Source: Zootoca vivipara (taxonomy: Eukaryota). Taken from it: 64,000 bases of DNA. Numbering within the stretch: the stretch's first letter is position 1; each line of letters starts with the position of its first letter. Below are positions 1 to 12,107 of the stretch, one piece after another. The notes below the pieces were generated by a model. It was not told where the DNA came from. It made no database searches and saw only the letters and a program-made list of their open reading frames with translations. Location of the stretch: the NCBI RefSeq assembly GCF_963506605.1, contig NC_083276.1:82150001-82214000 (forward strand). Reading direction: 5' to 3'. The position numbers and the translations under genes were made by a program.

Positions 1-217
1 CTCGCCTTGCTCCAGCGGTGGCAGCAATTGGCAGTGATGCCCAGCAGGAAATTGGTGGCCACAGAAGCAATGGAGACGACAAAGCCCACAAAGGCAATGA
101 AGAGATAGTCATCCAGTGTCAAGGTCAGGTGGCAGGCCTTGAAGCTCTCCTCCGTCAGTGAAAACAAAGGGGCTCCCTCCACTTCGGGTGGCTCCCGGCA
201 CTCCGCCAACTCAGTAT
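1..217 (-). CDS. LRRC55: LRRC55 last coding exon (LRRCT end, transmembrane helix, cytosolic tail); runs off the window
   Basis: Reverse complement reads (D)[71 protein letters not shown], recognised as the LRRC55 C-terminus. Acceptor AG at 219-218 is phase-compatible (phase 1) with the donor at 5583. Not listed in the ORF track. Confidence 0.95.
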
Positions 218-333
218 CTGCAACAAGAACCAAGAGGGGTCAGGCCAGCGCCCACAAACACAGAGCAACACCCAGAGAAGAGAGCCATTTCTCCTCCTTT
301 CCCAACCCATTCCTCTCTGGTCCCATCAGAAAT

Positions 334-490
334 TATAGGAAGCTGCCTACAGGAGGATAGGAAATCAGACCATTGATCCATCTAGTTCCATGATGTCAAC
401 ACTGTCAGGCAGCAGCTCTCCAGGGTTTCGTGAGGCAGGGGACAATCATAGTCCTACGTGCAAAGAATGCAAAGCAGATGCTCTACCAAT
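334..490 (-). mobile_element. Degenerate tRNA-derived SINE with CR1-like tail (Squam2-like)
   Basis: ATAGGAAGCTGCCT...TCAGACCATTGATCCATCTAG...ATGCTCTACCA; a similar copy lies at 44140-44288. Confidence 0.45.
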
Positions 491-1004
491 GGCTCCACAG
501 AACCAAGAGGCAGGTGGCAATCAATTCTCTAACGTTTTCATGACAAGGTATGTTCTATGAACACCCAGACTTCTAGCTGTAACTAGGGATGCGGGATGAA
601 TTCAGTGTGGAATTCTTGAAACAACAGGTAAATCAAAACACAGCTATCCCCAAGGTCTGTTGGGAGATTATGCACAATGAGAGTAACAACAGCAGCAGCA
701 GCAGCCAGAGATTGTGCAAAATGCAGTCAATATATGCACATTCTCTAAGACCTACAGGAGATTATGTACATTGACCAGGAAATGTGCACAGCTATCCATT
801 CATGGAGAGATTAAATGCAAATTTTCCATGAGGCCTGGTAAATGTGCACAATTCACATTACCCCCTGACATATACAAACAGCTACTTTAGTCTCTTTTTA
901 ATACCCCAGTTTAAATGTTGTTTGCTATTCCACCCCATATGTGTGCAAGTGCCTCTTCCTCTCTACCCCTGAAGATACTCCCAGTCCCCCCTTATTACTG
1001 ATGC

Positions 1005-1049
<45 letters not shown>
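1005..1049. repeat. (TTA)n microsatellite
   Basis: Seen directly; explains the poly-Ile ORF 941..1129. Confidence 0.95.
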
Positions 1050-1052
<3 letters not shown>

Positions 1053-1781
1053 GGTATTCAGAAGCATCATTGCCCCTGACAGGGGAAGTAGAACATAACT
1101 ATCAGGGATTGTATCATACACCAGATTAGGTAGATGCTTTCAAGGAAAAAAACAACTGGGCTCACCTTAACCATTCTTCAATTTTCTTTCTTCTACCCCA
1201 TCACCAGCCTATTATCTCTCCTCATAATCTCCTTCTTATTTGTAACACAGACTATAAGACAGCTTTCTGCATCTTAGTGCCCTCTGTTCTGGCTGAGGAT
1301 GCTAGGAAGCCCTAATCCAAAACTTCAAGAAAGCACCAGGTTGGAGAAAGCTGCTGCAAGAAAACCAATTTACACCTGCAGTGAAGCCTTTTTCTTCCAT
1401 GGCTTGTAACATGCCAGACAGGAGTGGCATGTGTGTCTCGTTTCTGAATGATCCCCCATCAGGAAAAAGCAAAACAAAAACAAAATCCTCCTTGCTCATA
1501 CCGGTAGATAACTAGAATGCCAGGGAGGACTGCACACTAATATTCTCGCTGATGTACAATGTTTCTTTGTTGGGGGAGACTACGGCTGGATCTACGCTGA
1601 TCTAAAAAAACACTAAGAATAAAATGTTATATAGCTCTCAATACAATTTCCCATTGACTGCTGTACCCCGCCTCCCCGGTGTCACATTTATAAAGCATTT
1701 ATAACATTATAACTCACAAGAGTAGATTAGTCCTATGTGGGGAGTAGGGCTGGGAGATATCTGGTTTTCAGCAGCTAAACA

Positions 1782-1970
1782 CAGTCGTTCCTTGAAAGTC
1801 GAATGGTATCCATATTGGAAGTCCGTTTGACTTCCAAACTGTTCGGAAACCAAAGCGTGGCTTCTGATTGGCTTCAGGAAGCTCCTGCAGCCAATCAGAA
1901 GCCATGGAAGCCCTGTCGGGGGAGGGCATTTGTTAGGGAGCCAAGGCGTTTGAGATCCAAGGTATGACTG
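1782..1970. mobile_element. Tc1/mariner (Tigger/pogo-like) MITE
   Basis: Imperfect TIRs CAGTCGTTCCTTG / CAAGGTATGACTG followed by TA; internal palindrome GGCTTCTGATTGGCT...AGCCAATCAGAAGCC. Confidence 0.7.
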
Positions 1971-3184
1971 TACTGCAATATACTGCAATATACTGATATA
2001 TCACAATGTCTGGAATGTTTCTCAGCTGCTTCTTCCTCCCCACCTTAGGGAAACCAAGATATATTGCCCAGCTCTACTGAGTAAGCCTCCATACCGCTCT
2101 GGCTCAGGAGAGTCCGAGGGGCAGAGAGGCTTCACTGAACTGCTCAGCTGAGGGACAGGAAGTCTCCCGCCCCCCAGCTGAACAAGCCTCAATACCACTC
2201 CGGCTCGCATTAGCTGAAGTGGTGTGGGGCTTCCTCAAAGGCGCAGATAGGTGGAGCCCAAGAAGATACTAGCCCGGAACTTTCTCAGGCACCATCTGCC
2301 TGCCTGCACCTTTGCTGTCTGCTGGCAATTTGTCAATCCTTGAAAAAGCCAACTGACGTTGGCTCCAATTCAGCACTAAAGAGTCAGTTTCCCTAGGGGA
2401 AAGTGCCTGGACTAGGGGAACCGAGCTTTGCAGAGGGCAACCACTACCTGAATGTTAAGCACTAATGAAAACTCACTGGGGAGTTGAGATTTGCCATCTT
2501 AAGAAACTAGAAGAAGGTGCACAAGACAGATAATCTTCCTCCCTGCTTGGGTTCGCTAAGAAGACATCACTACACATAAATGGGATGAGGGCACCAAACA
2601 ACAGCCACCCCGTGCATCAGGGAAGAAAAATGCTGCCAAAGCTGGAGAATGGATGGCATCCTTCTCCGTCACTGTCTGCTATACATCAATCACAGAGATG
2701 GGTGGGAAATGTAAATAGAATCGATGCTCCAAGGAGATGAGAATGATTGCTAAAGCAGGACTGCCGGCTGCTGGCTCCGCAAGGGCAGGATTTCCTGTCT
2801 CCAGGTCCCCTCGCTTGCAGCTCATGAGATAAGCAAGAAGGTCAGGAAAGGACTAATGCCAGGGAGGGGGAAAAAATCAATAGAGAGTGGGAGTGGATGC
2901 TGATTTATGATTCCCAATGCAAGCTGGGGATCTGTCACTACAAGGACGCAGGGAGAGCAGAGCAGCGTGATGACACGTCACAAGGGCATCTCATTCCCTT
3001 CTAGCTCTGACAAAAATCTCGGCTTTAATGAGCAGAAAGCCTTGGTGTGCTTCTGAAAGGCCATTTGCAGCATGGTGGCAGCCACTAGGCAGCTCCACAC
3101 ATGGTGGCATCATTGTGTGGATATCTGGTTGTCAGTGGCCTCCAACTATATGGTGAAGTGAGCATTGCCACTGCAAGCCCCCAG

Positions 3185-3275
3185 CATAGCTGTCAAGTTC
3201 TCCCTTTTTAAAAAGGGAAATTCCCTTATGCTGAATAGGCTTCCTCGTGAGAAAAGGGAAAACTTGACAGCTATG
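3185..3275. mobile_element. 91-bp hAT-type MITE
   Basis: TIRs CATAGCTGTCAAGTT(C/T)TCCCTTT; perfect 8-bp TSD GCCCCCAG (3177-3184, 3276-3283). Confidence 0.9.
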
Positions 3276-3346
3276 GCCCCCAGGTACCAACAGGACTCAT
3301 TCATCTGTCTCTTTGCTCCTTAAAAACGCTGTGCAATGGATCTAAC

Positions 3347-4163
3347 TAGGGTGGATTTGATTTAAATCAAATTGATTTAAATCACTAGTCAGTAAGACTT
3401 CATTTAAATCATTTTTTTTATAATTTTTTTTTACAGAAAGACTCAATCTTGCTGGTATAATCCTGACATTTACAACCAGCTGAAGGTTTCATTTTTGGAA
3501 TAATAATTTTTCAGAGTACAGTAGTTTCTACAGTTATATCAAAAATTATACTCTTAGCAATACATAGACAAATATATAAAATATATAAATATATATAAAA
3601 ATTATACTCTTAGCAATACATAGACAAAAATTATACTCTTAGCAATACATAGACCGATAATTATGAAATTATTGTGAGGTTTAATGAGTTAAATGTTTAT
3701 ATTTGGACAACTTTTCTGCTGCACTTTATTGGAAGGAGAAAAATAATCGTTTCCTTAATAACAACTTAAACCATTTATTTAACTAAAACAATAACATTAT
3801 AGCATATGTATCCATGTTTGTTAACTTATGTAATTAAACAGTTTCATTTTTATTTTTTTAAAAAAGCTTAGACTGAGTTTTAGCACACATGAAAAACTTT
3901 AGCCTTTGGAAATTCCAAATTTCCTGATGAATAGCCTTTGGAAATAATGTAACTTAAATAAAAAAATATAAATAAAAAACTATCTTCAGAAAGATTTTTT
4001 CCTCCAAAAAGCATTTTAATTTAAAAATCTAATTTAAATAAAAAAAATCTGATTTAAATAAAAAAACCTGATTTAAATAAAAAAATCTGATTTAAATAAG
4101 AAAACTGATTTTTTAAAAAATCTGATTTTTTAAAAAATATATTATTGATTTTTATCCACCCTG
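3347..4163. mobile_element. AT-rich non-autonomous hAT element (Tip100/Zaphod-like)
   Basis: Ends TAGGGTGGAT / ATCCACCCTG; 8-bp TSD GATCTAAC/GATCTAGC; repeated subterminal GATTTAAAT motifs at both ends. Confidence 0.85.
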
Positions 4164-5583
4164 GATCTAGCCTCACAGAAGGCCAGTCGGCTGTTGCCTC
4201 TAGCCACATGGGGAGGTGATCCTCACTGTGCTCTTGGAAATCAGTGGATGTGAAGAGTCGGGTTGTGTGTGATGAGGTTCAGGCCTTTTTGTGTGTGCAG
4301 TTAGAGCTGCCACAGGACTTTTTAGCAGCCACCATGCCATACCTGCTTCTTTGCCCCACCTTTGCCCCATAAATAATTAAAAAAGCAAGGCAGATGTGTG
4401 TGGATAAACTAGGCCCCAAACTTTATTAACATTAACAGAAGGAGGTCGGCAATGGGAACTGGCTGAGGCAGAGCTTCCTGGCATTTTCTGCCTGCCTCTA
4501 CTCCATCTGGTGAAGCTATTAGGTGCCATGGGAGACTCCTCTGAGTAACTACCCCAAATCCCAGGACTCTGCATGCATGATTCTGGCACGGTCCAGGGGG
4601 GCTCTTTTCCAGCTTCCATGTCCCAAAGTCCTGAGCTGCGAAACTAGAGTGACAGTCCTTTGATGCCACTTGTTACAAAGCTACCACCTAGTCCTAGAAA
4701 GTCAGAAAAGAGTAGGAGAAAGAAAAACCCTGCTTCTTTCAGTCAAGGCTTATCCACACTTCCTCTTGCTCTTCCCATGGTGCACTTTAATGCTCATTTG
4801 GAGCAAATGGCAAAGGGGTTTTACATGGACTGTTGTTTGTTCTGATTTAAAGCCAAAGAGCAGGTTTTCCCTGGGAAAGGAGAGGGGCAAGGGGGAAACT
4901 GCTCAGACCCATGCCTAAGAAAATGTGGTTCTAGTGGAAAACCACTTGGAACAAGCCGAAGTGTGAACAAGCCTTGTTTGTTTCAGAGGCAATTTCTGCT
5001 CCACCCTGAAGTGCCCAAATGCTCTTACCCTGACTCATATTCTAGGAGAAGGAGAGCACCTCCCTGCTCTGCCTAATAGTTCTAGTAGAGAAATTCTGGT
5101 TAGTAACTTTAACAGACCATTTGGAAGAAGTAGTGACCTGTTTAGTTAACCAAGTACACTCTGTCATTTATTTGAGTTTCTGTATAGCAGTTTTTGCTAA
5201 CTGCAACTACAGATGCAACAAAGTACCCAGATCTAATGAATTCACACACACAAATGCTGCATGGTTGGGGAAATTTACAACCGTCTCTAAACTTTTTTTG
5301 CATTGTGTGGTTTATAATCTCTGGGAAACTGTGTAAAACAAACTGTTTCCTAGCGTAGCAGGTCTAAATCAGGTAGGGAAATGCAGAAGGCACAGGATTC
5401 AAATCCCATGATCCAAAAATGCCCTTCTTAGCCTCTCTGGGAGAACTGCTGCTTTTATTTCAAGCTGAGACAAGAGAGCCACCATTTTACCCAGAAGTTC
5501 ACAATGTGTTGTGTAATAGGGAACAGAATGACAGAATCCCCAAGGGGACGCTAACAACTGGACTGCCGTGTCATTTCACCTAC

Positions 5584-6253
5584 CTGACATGCATCGCTGG
5601 ATCCTATTTCTCAACCACTTCAGCAGTGGCTCCATGGTGCAACCACACACCCAGGGATTGCCTCCAATCTGAAGAGTCACCAGGCCTGTGAGACCCTCCA
5701 GGACTTCAAGGCTGAGGAAAGACAGGCCCCCATAGCTGAGATCAAGGTCGCGTAGTTGGACCAAGCCTCGGAAAGCCTGGGGGTGCACCTTCCTCAGCCA
5801 GGGATTGTGGCTCAAGTCAATGTGCACCAGGTTGTAGGCCTCTTGGAACATGTCAGCCACCACGTGAGTCAAGTTGTTGTAGCTCAAGTCCAAGTGGGAG
5901 AGGCGCTTGGATGTCAAAAAGAGTCCGGCGGGCAACTCAACGAGGGAGTTGTTCCGCAAGTCCAACACCCTCAGCTCGGAATAGCAGGTCAGGTATCCGG
6001 GAGGAATGGTAGCGATGCGGTTGTGAGCCAGGCTCAGGTTCCTGGTGTCCAACGGAAGGTCTGGTGGCACCGAAAAGAGCCGAAGCCCACTGCAATCCAC
6101 AACCTGGCTGCGGCATGTGCACAGGACCGGGCAGCCGGTGACGGCACTGGCAAAGACCACCACCGCTGCCACAAGGAAAGGGCTCAGTATCATGGCAGGG
6201 CAGCAGTGGGGTGCAAGCTGTTCTCCTCCCAGCTGAACACAGTGGGCATTCAT
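5584..6253 (-). CDS. LRRC55: LRRC55 first coding exon (signal peptide, LRRNT, LRRs, LRRCT start); BK channel auxiliary gamma-3 subunit
   Basis: ORF 5576..6253 contains [15 protein letters not shown]...[25 protein letters not shown]. Donor GTAGGT at 5583-5578. Alternative start at ATG 6193 (gccATGa, followed by a hydrophobic signal peptide). Confidence 0.95.
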
Positions 6254-7850
6254 TTTGGCAAGCTAGAGGCTACATGGCAGAGGGGAGGCCAATCAGGATG
6301 GGGAGAGCAGTGGGCAGGGATGCAGCCCAGCAAATGGGAGCCACCAATACAGAAAGCCTGCTACATTCTGACTGGGAGGAAGGAAGGACATTGAACCCCT
6401 ATTTGTCCTGCTCTTGAGGCACCTATGGGAGAACAATGTGCCAAAAAAGGGCTGTAAATGGGCCTGAAGCTGACGATTTCTAGTAGTTTTATTTAGCTGC
6501 CATAAAAAATGTTTACTGTAAGAGGATGAAGAAGAGGAAAGAAATATATTTACCTGCATACATGCACATGTGACCACCTTGGTCTATGGAGATAATATAT
6601 GTAAATAAAGCTGGTGGTTTTTACCCATGTTTGTTGAGCGTTACATATCTTGAGCTTGAATTAAGAGACAATGTGTTCCTTTTTTTTTTTTTTACCTTGT
6701 GTTAGCTGGAGACATAGGCCTCTTAGAGAAGTTTTCTGTCACTCCAGAAAAAATATATATAATCAGGCCCATAAATGTTGTTTCCAGTGACTCCACCTGT
6801 CGAGCATCGAAATGGTCTTCTCCTGGAGTCACTGAGGTGTCCTTTGACAGGAGCATTTATAAACAAAATGTGACTTTTGCAGGGTTCAATGGCTCCCCTT
6901 GCTTAATTTCCCATGTGCTGCTGTCCTGGGGTAGGCGGGGCCCTCTTGGAAAGGTGAGGAGGAACAATGGCTGGACACAAGCCACTTAGGAGTCTGTGGT
7001 TTCTCTTCTCTGGGAAGAAGGTTGGCTGTCATCGCTCAGTTTGGAACTACCAAAGAGCCACAGAATTCCATAGCTGCACGGATTCATGGTTTCTCCGACT
7101 TTGAAGTGCTGATGTGGAAGCCATGTGTGACAATGGCTACAGGATCCAAAAGGCCAAGGGCAACAGGTTGTGATGCTGTCCTTTAAGCCTGGTCTTCTTT
7201 CTCAGCAGGCAGCAACAAGACTCTGACTGTGCAACCTGCCAATGAAAATGCAAAGGGGATCAAAGGCACGGCAACCATGGTATTGATCAGCTTGCATGCT
7301 TTCCCCTGATGCTGCTAGAACCACAGTTCCCCACCCCTATCGTATACTTCTTGTGGTTGCCTTCACTCTGACATCATCCTACAGATCACCTCTTCCTTCA
7401 CCCTGCTTTATAGTATCAGCCACCATGCATTTTTCACAAGCTGCAACAGCAGCCCCTCATTTCGGATCTGGAACCCTTGATTACGACATATTTCTGGGGA
7501 CTCCACACAGCTTCCTCCTCTGTGCGTTTCTGATGTTGCAGCCATAGACTTTTGTGCAGAGAAGAACAGGGGCAGGGGAGAGCTTTGGCACGGTTCATTT
7601 GGCAAAGGAGTAAATTCATGTTAAAAAAAAAAAGCCAAAGCAATCAGATTGAAATACTAGATTAAACTTTGGGGAAGTCCTTACAAATCTCATCTCTGCA
7701 GCTAACTCCTACTTTTGCTCCCCCCTGGATTTCACACAAACTGGTCATTGTCCCTCAGTCAAGATGACCCACATTTTTTCCTAGCCCAGGCTCAGCTGCA
7801 GGGCGCCACCCATTCATCCACAGATTGTGTCCTCCCTCAAAGAGGGCACA

Positions 7851-8609
7851 TGTTGCGGTGAGACCTGGCAACCAAACCCTTGTGTTGTGGGTGGGTACGA
7901 TTGGATAGCTACAACACCCAATTGGTAGGTCCCTTGTTGCTGGGTTTAATCTGACCAATGGGACGCTAGCCAAATGGATCAAGGGACCTATATATGCCAA
8001 TGCACGTGACCCTGAGCTTTCTCTCTTGGTCAGTGCATCGGAACACCCGCCCACCTCTCCCTATATTTAGGGCTTGCGCGCTTGACCTTGCTATGCCATC
8101 ATGTGTCGCCTGTCGTTGGGATAGGGGCACGGCAGGAATTTTCCCCACTTGGCTGATTGGCTGGTGCCATTTGGGTTTTGCCTGCCACGTAGCAAATCGT
8201 CACAACTTGTAAGGTTGTAGATAGGCTCTGGTTCAGGTGATAGGGATGGGGGAAGGCTCTCGCCATCCCTATATGAAGGGACATTCCATTAAAGGAATCC
8301 AGGGACTCAATGGTTTGGTCAACCCTGTGAGGAGTTGTGCCCATGTCTGAGTCCAGGGGGACATCTGGGTGGTGGACATAGCATGTCTGCAGCTTTCTGC
8401 CATTCCAGGTGTTCACCCTTGGCTGACCTACGATAGAGCTCTGGGTCAGCACTACCTGCAAGGGTGCAGGGAGCTAGTCAAACCAGAGCCTATGCAACCA
8501 CTCACTTGCTGTAATCAATAAAGTTGTGGCCTAAATTCTGCCAAAAACCAATCCAAAAATCTGAGTCTTGTGTGAATTTATTTAAGGGGGAGGTTTAAAG
8601 GTCTGAACA
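7851..8609 (+). mobile_element. LTR-like or Ngaro/DIRS terminal-repeat unit
   Basis: CCAAT and TATATA near 7955-7995; AATAAAGTTGTGGCC at 8517-8531 shared with three other fragments; TG...CA-like ends but no clear TSD; boundaries approximate. Confidence 0.55.
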
Positions 8610-10631
8610 TGCAAAGGTCTGCTGAGAGGCAACTCATAGCTCCTTCCTCCACCATTAGCTGTGGAGGAGCTTTGGGCCTCCACACAAACACACCACTCGG
8701 ATTTTATTCTGTTGGGAGAACTGGGCCTGCGTTTCAGATTTCCCTGCATCCCTCACCATCCCTCTCCTTTATCCCCAAGTCTCTGCACATGGCTTCCTAG
8801 AGGCTCTTCCCTAACTTGGACCACACTTGCCTCTCTCTTCCCACGTCTCTCTCCTTCCAAAGCTTTCTTCATTCACCACTGCCATCCACCCCTCTCTCCG
8901 TCTCTGTTTTCTGTTGTGTCCTCCTCCTCCTCCAGCAAGATCGACCTGGATGCCCTGCAGAGCTCACATCTTATTTGCCCTCTCCCCACTCATCCTTGCC
9001 ATGTCCTCTTTCCACCCATTGCCTCCTCTCCATTACACCCCATTGTCAAATGCACCCTCCATCCTCACCCGCTGGACACACCCTGCTCACACAAGGCAGG
9101 GACTACCCAAGTCTTTGTTTTTCCACAGATGCACAGCACACAGGCATCCCCTCTTCATTTCTCCCCCCCCCCCGTCACATCATCAATTTTCTTTTGTTCC
9201 AAGGAGACACTTACTCTGAGCAGAGGGTGGCTGTTTTTCGGTTGGAGCTCAGCTCAGCTCTGGTGCTGCGGACTCCTGTGCTAGTTCCTTCCTATTCAGC
9301 TGTGCTTCTTGCCTCCTTTCATCCTTTCTTTCATCTGCACCTCTAAAAGACAGAGATGCTGTCAGTCGTCTCATTGAATTGCAGCCACTGTTGCGCTCTC
9401 TCTCTCTCTGATTTCATCCAGGTCTTTCCCCACCTCCTCTTCCCTCCTTCTCCCTCTCTCGCCACCCCCCTCTCTCTCCCCCCCTTGAGGGCCAGGTACT
9501 GACGTTTCACTGTCTCTTAGCAACTGCCTCCTCATCTCTGAGCAACAGGAGAGCTGGCTGCAGACCCCACTGAGCTGATGGGGGTGGGGTGGGGAGAGAA
9601 GAAAAAGAAGGATGAAGCAAGAGAGGATGGAATAAAAAGCGCACCCACGGAATCCCAGAGATGGGGGAGGGCACGTATCCTGGAGGGAGTGGGAAAGCAG
9701 AATCAGGCAGACGGGGGTGGTTGGCGATCTAGGAGACAGACAGGGGCAGAGAACGAGGAGGCAAACAGGGACACACAGACACACGGAAATTGAGAGCGGA
9801 GAAATAGACTGGGAATGAGCAAGATATGCTAGGGAAGCAGCTTCTCATTGCTGACTCGGATTCTTAGACTGCAAACACACCGTAAAAGTAAAGAACATTC
9901 CCCCCTCAAAGAATTTTGGGAACTCTCACAGAGCTACAATTCAAAGCACCCATAGGAAACGACAGTTCCCATAATTCTTTGGAGTGGGTGGGGGGCTGAG
10001 CTGAGTGTCTGCAGAAAGGGGGGCATGAATCTAAGGTCAGAAGGCAATTCCTTGCCTCTTCCTACAGATGATGGCTTTAACAAGGCCTGGAGACCAACTC
10101 TTCTCTTCGCCAACAACCTTGAGGCACCAGACATCCTGCCCAGCAGCCATATTGGCTTTTCCTTTGTGGCCTATGGCCACCTCACAGAGCTTTTGATTAG
10201 TTATTTAACACTCTCCACATGTGTGTGTGGAGTTATTTTCCCTCCTTTCCCTGTGGGGGTTTGGCACCTATTAGGGGGACGTTTCATGTCTGTTTTCCCC
10301 ATTGCCTCTTGCTGGCATCTGGTGGGAAGACAGATGGTGCAAAAACCCCAGGAGAGAGGTTGCTCTTTTCCTTTTGTGTATGGAGCTCTCCCTTGGGTAG
10401 ATATTAATTGGTTTTATTTCAAAATCCCAATAGGCTCCAAAGGGACCTCCCACCTGAAACGGACTTCACAAATGCAGATCTATCCTTTGCCAGTTAAACT
10501 TCACAAAGGCACAGCGGTGGGTAAATATTGCCTCATTTCCTCCCTTAAAAGCACAGCATTTCTGCCTGTGCTAATTTAGAAACCTCACCAGGTATGACTC
10601 AGGAGAACAAAGCCTGCCAAATGTCAGAGAG

Positions 10632-10850
10632 CAGTCTTTCCCAACCTGGTGCCCTCCAGATGTCACTAGACTACAATTCCCATCTTCCCTAAACATTGGC
10701 TTTGCTGCCTGGAGCTGATGGAATTTGCAGTCCAGGGATGGGAAACCTGTAGCCCTTCAGATGCTGTAGGGCTCCTGTTCCTGGGAGGCGCAGCCAACGG
10801 TCAGGGATGATGGGAGTTGTAGTCCACCACCAGATTCCTCCACTCCTGTT
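10632..10850. mobile_element. Two adjacent degenerate hAT (Charlie-like) MITEs
   Basis: GCCCTCCAGATG...ACTACAATTCCCATC and GATGATGGGAGTTGTAGTCC cores, same family as 17375-17510. Confidence 0.6.
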
Positions 10851-10982
10851 GAAGTCTAAAATAACTGTAGGGCACCAGATCGATGAAAGGATATAACAGA
10901 GTGTCCTTGATGGTATTTGCCAGTTGTTTGGCCATCAGTGAGATCTGTAGCCTGTAAAGCTACAGCCAGGGTTTAACTTAAA

Positions 10983-11143
10983 AAGGTAAAGGTAAAGGGG
11001 TACCTGACCATTAGGTCCAGTTGCGGACGACTCTGGGGTTGCACGTTTGTCTCGCTCTGTAGGCTGTGGGAGCCGGGGTTTGTCCACAGACAGCTTCTGG
11101 GTCATGTGGCCAGCATGACTAAGCCACTTCTGGCGAACCAGAG
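10983..11143 (-). mobile_element. Sauria SINE (Squam1), 5'-truncated
   Basis: (AAAGGT)n tail; GGTCATGTGGCCAGCATGACTAAGCC core. Confidence 0.85.
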
Positions 11144-11814
11144 AGAAATACACATGACTTAAAAGAGAGAGCTCTTTTCTAATAGTGTGTGACCTGCTAT
11201 GCCAACTTTGGCAATAGATCAGGACTAAGATAATGCAAGTGTACCTCTGTACCATTGTTGTGTGGCAGCATTTGATCTGTTTGGTTTTGTTGAAAATAAT
11301 AAAAATATTGTTGCACAGCACCCCAATCTCTGAGTGGTGGGAGATTCCAGGTGCTTACCCAGGGTACGTGTTTCCCTTGGAATGAGGCATAGTGAAGACT
11401 GTGGTGTCTTTAGGATATATGGTTTGTTCACGCATATCTACTGTGCATCCTGAGCCTACGGCGGAGGGGTCCACAGCATTAACACCCAAAGAGGGCCCTG
11501 GACTCGAACAAAAATCAAACACTGCTCTGTCTCTCTCGGTTCCCAGTTTGCTGCTTTGCTTCTAACCCACATCACTCCAAACTCTAAACTTTGGCTTTTT
11601 CCTCCTAACTATCCACGAGTAGGGGGACCTCTCCACCCATTTGCCATCTCATGCAGATCCCCTTTCCTTTGTTCCTCTTAATGGCCCATCACCCAGGTGA
11701 TTGCCTCACCAGGAAGCTAGCCTGGTTTATATTTTGACACTTCCTGGATCCAGGAGATCCTTCTAACCCCTGAATTCCTACACCCCCCCCAAACTCATAA
11801 CATGATATATCATA

Positions 11815-12107
11815 CAGTGGGACCTCAACTTATGAATTTAATCTGTTCCGAATGCACAGTCGTAGGTCGAAAACTTCGTAAGTCGAGTTTCCCATAGGAA
11901 AAGCGGTTTCCCATAGGAATGCATTGGAAATGGAAAAATTCGTAAGTCGAGGAAACCACATCTAAAACCTCGTAAGTCGAGGAAACCGCATCTAGCTGTG
12001 AACGGGTTTTCTGTTTGGATGTCGGAAAAAACGTAAGCGCGCAGCCACTTTTCCTGCTCATAAGTCGAAAACTGATGTCGAGGAGCTCGTAAGTCGAGGT
12101 CCCACTG
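11815..12107. mobile_element. Tc1/mariner (Tigger/pogo-like) MITE
   Basis: TIRs CAGTGGGACCTCAACTTATGA / TCGTAAGTCGAGGTCCCACTG; TA on both sides; internal repeats of CGTAAGTCGA. Confidence 0.9.

Noticed and set aside
3541-3654. Three exact 29-bp repeats (AAAAATTATACTCTTAGCAATACATAGAC) resembling a CRISPR array
   Set aside because: One spacer is a low-complexity AT run and the other is absent; no cas genes; the repeats lie inside a hAT element in vertebrate DNA.
5756-6394. 212-aa plus-strand ORF
   Set aside because: Antisense shadow of the LRRC55 exon.
8661-9346. Overlapping 130-207-aa ORFs
   Set aside because: C/T-rich sequence with few stop codons; no recognisable domain.
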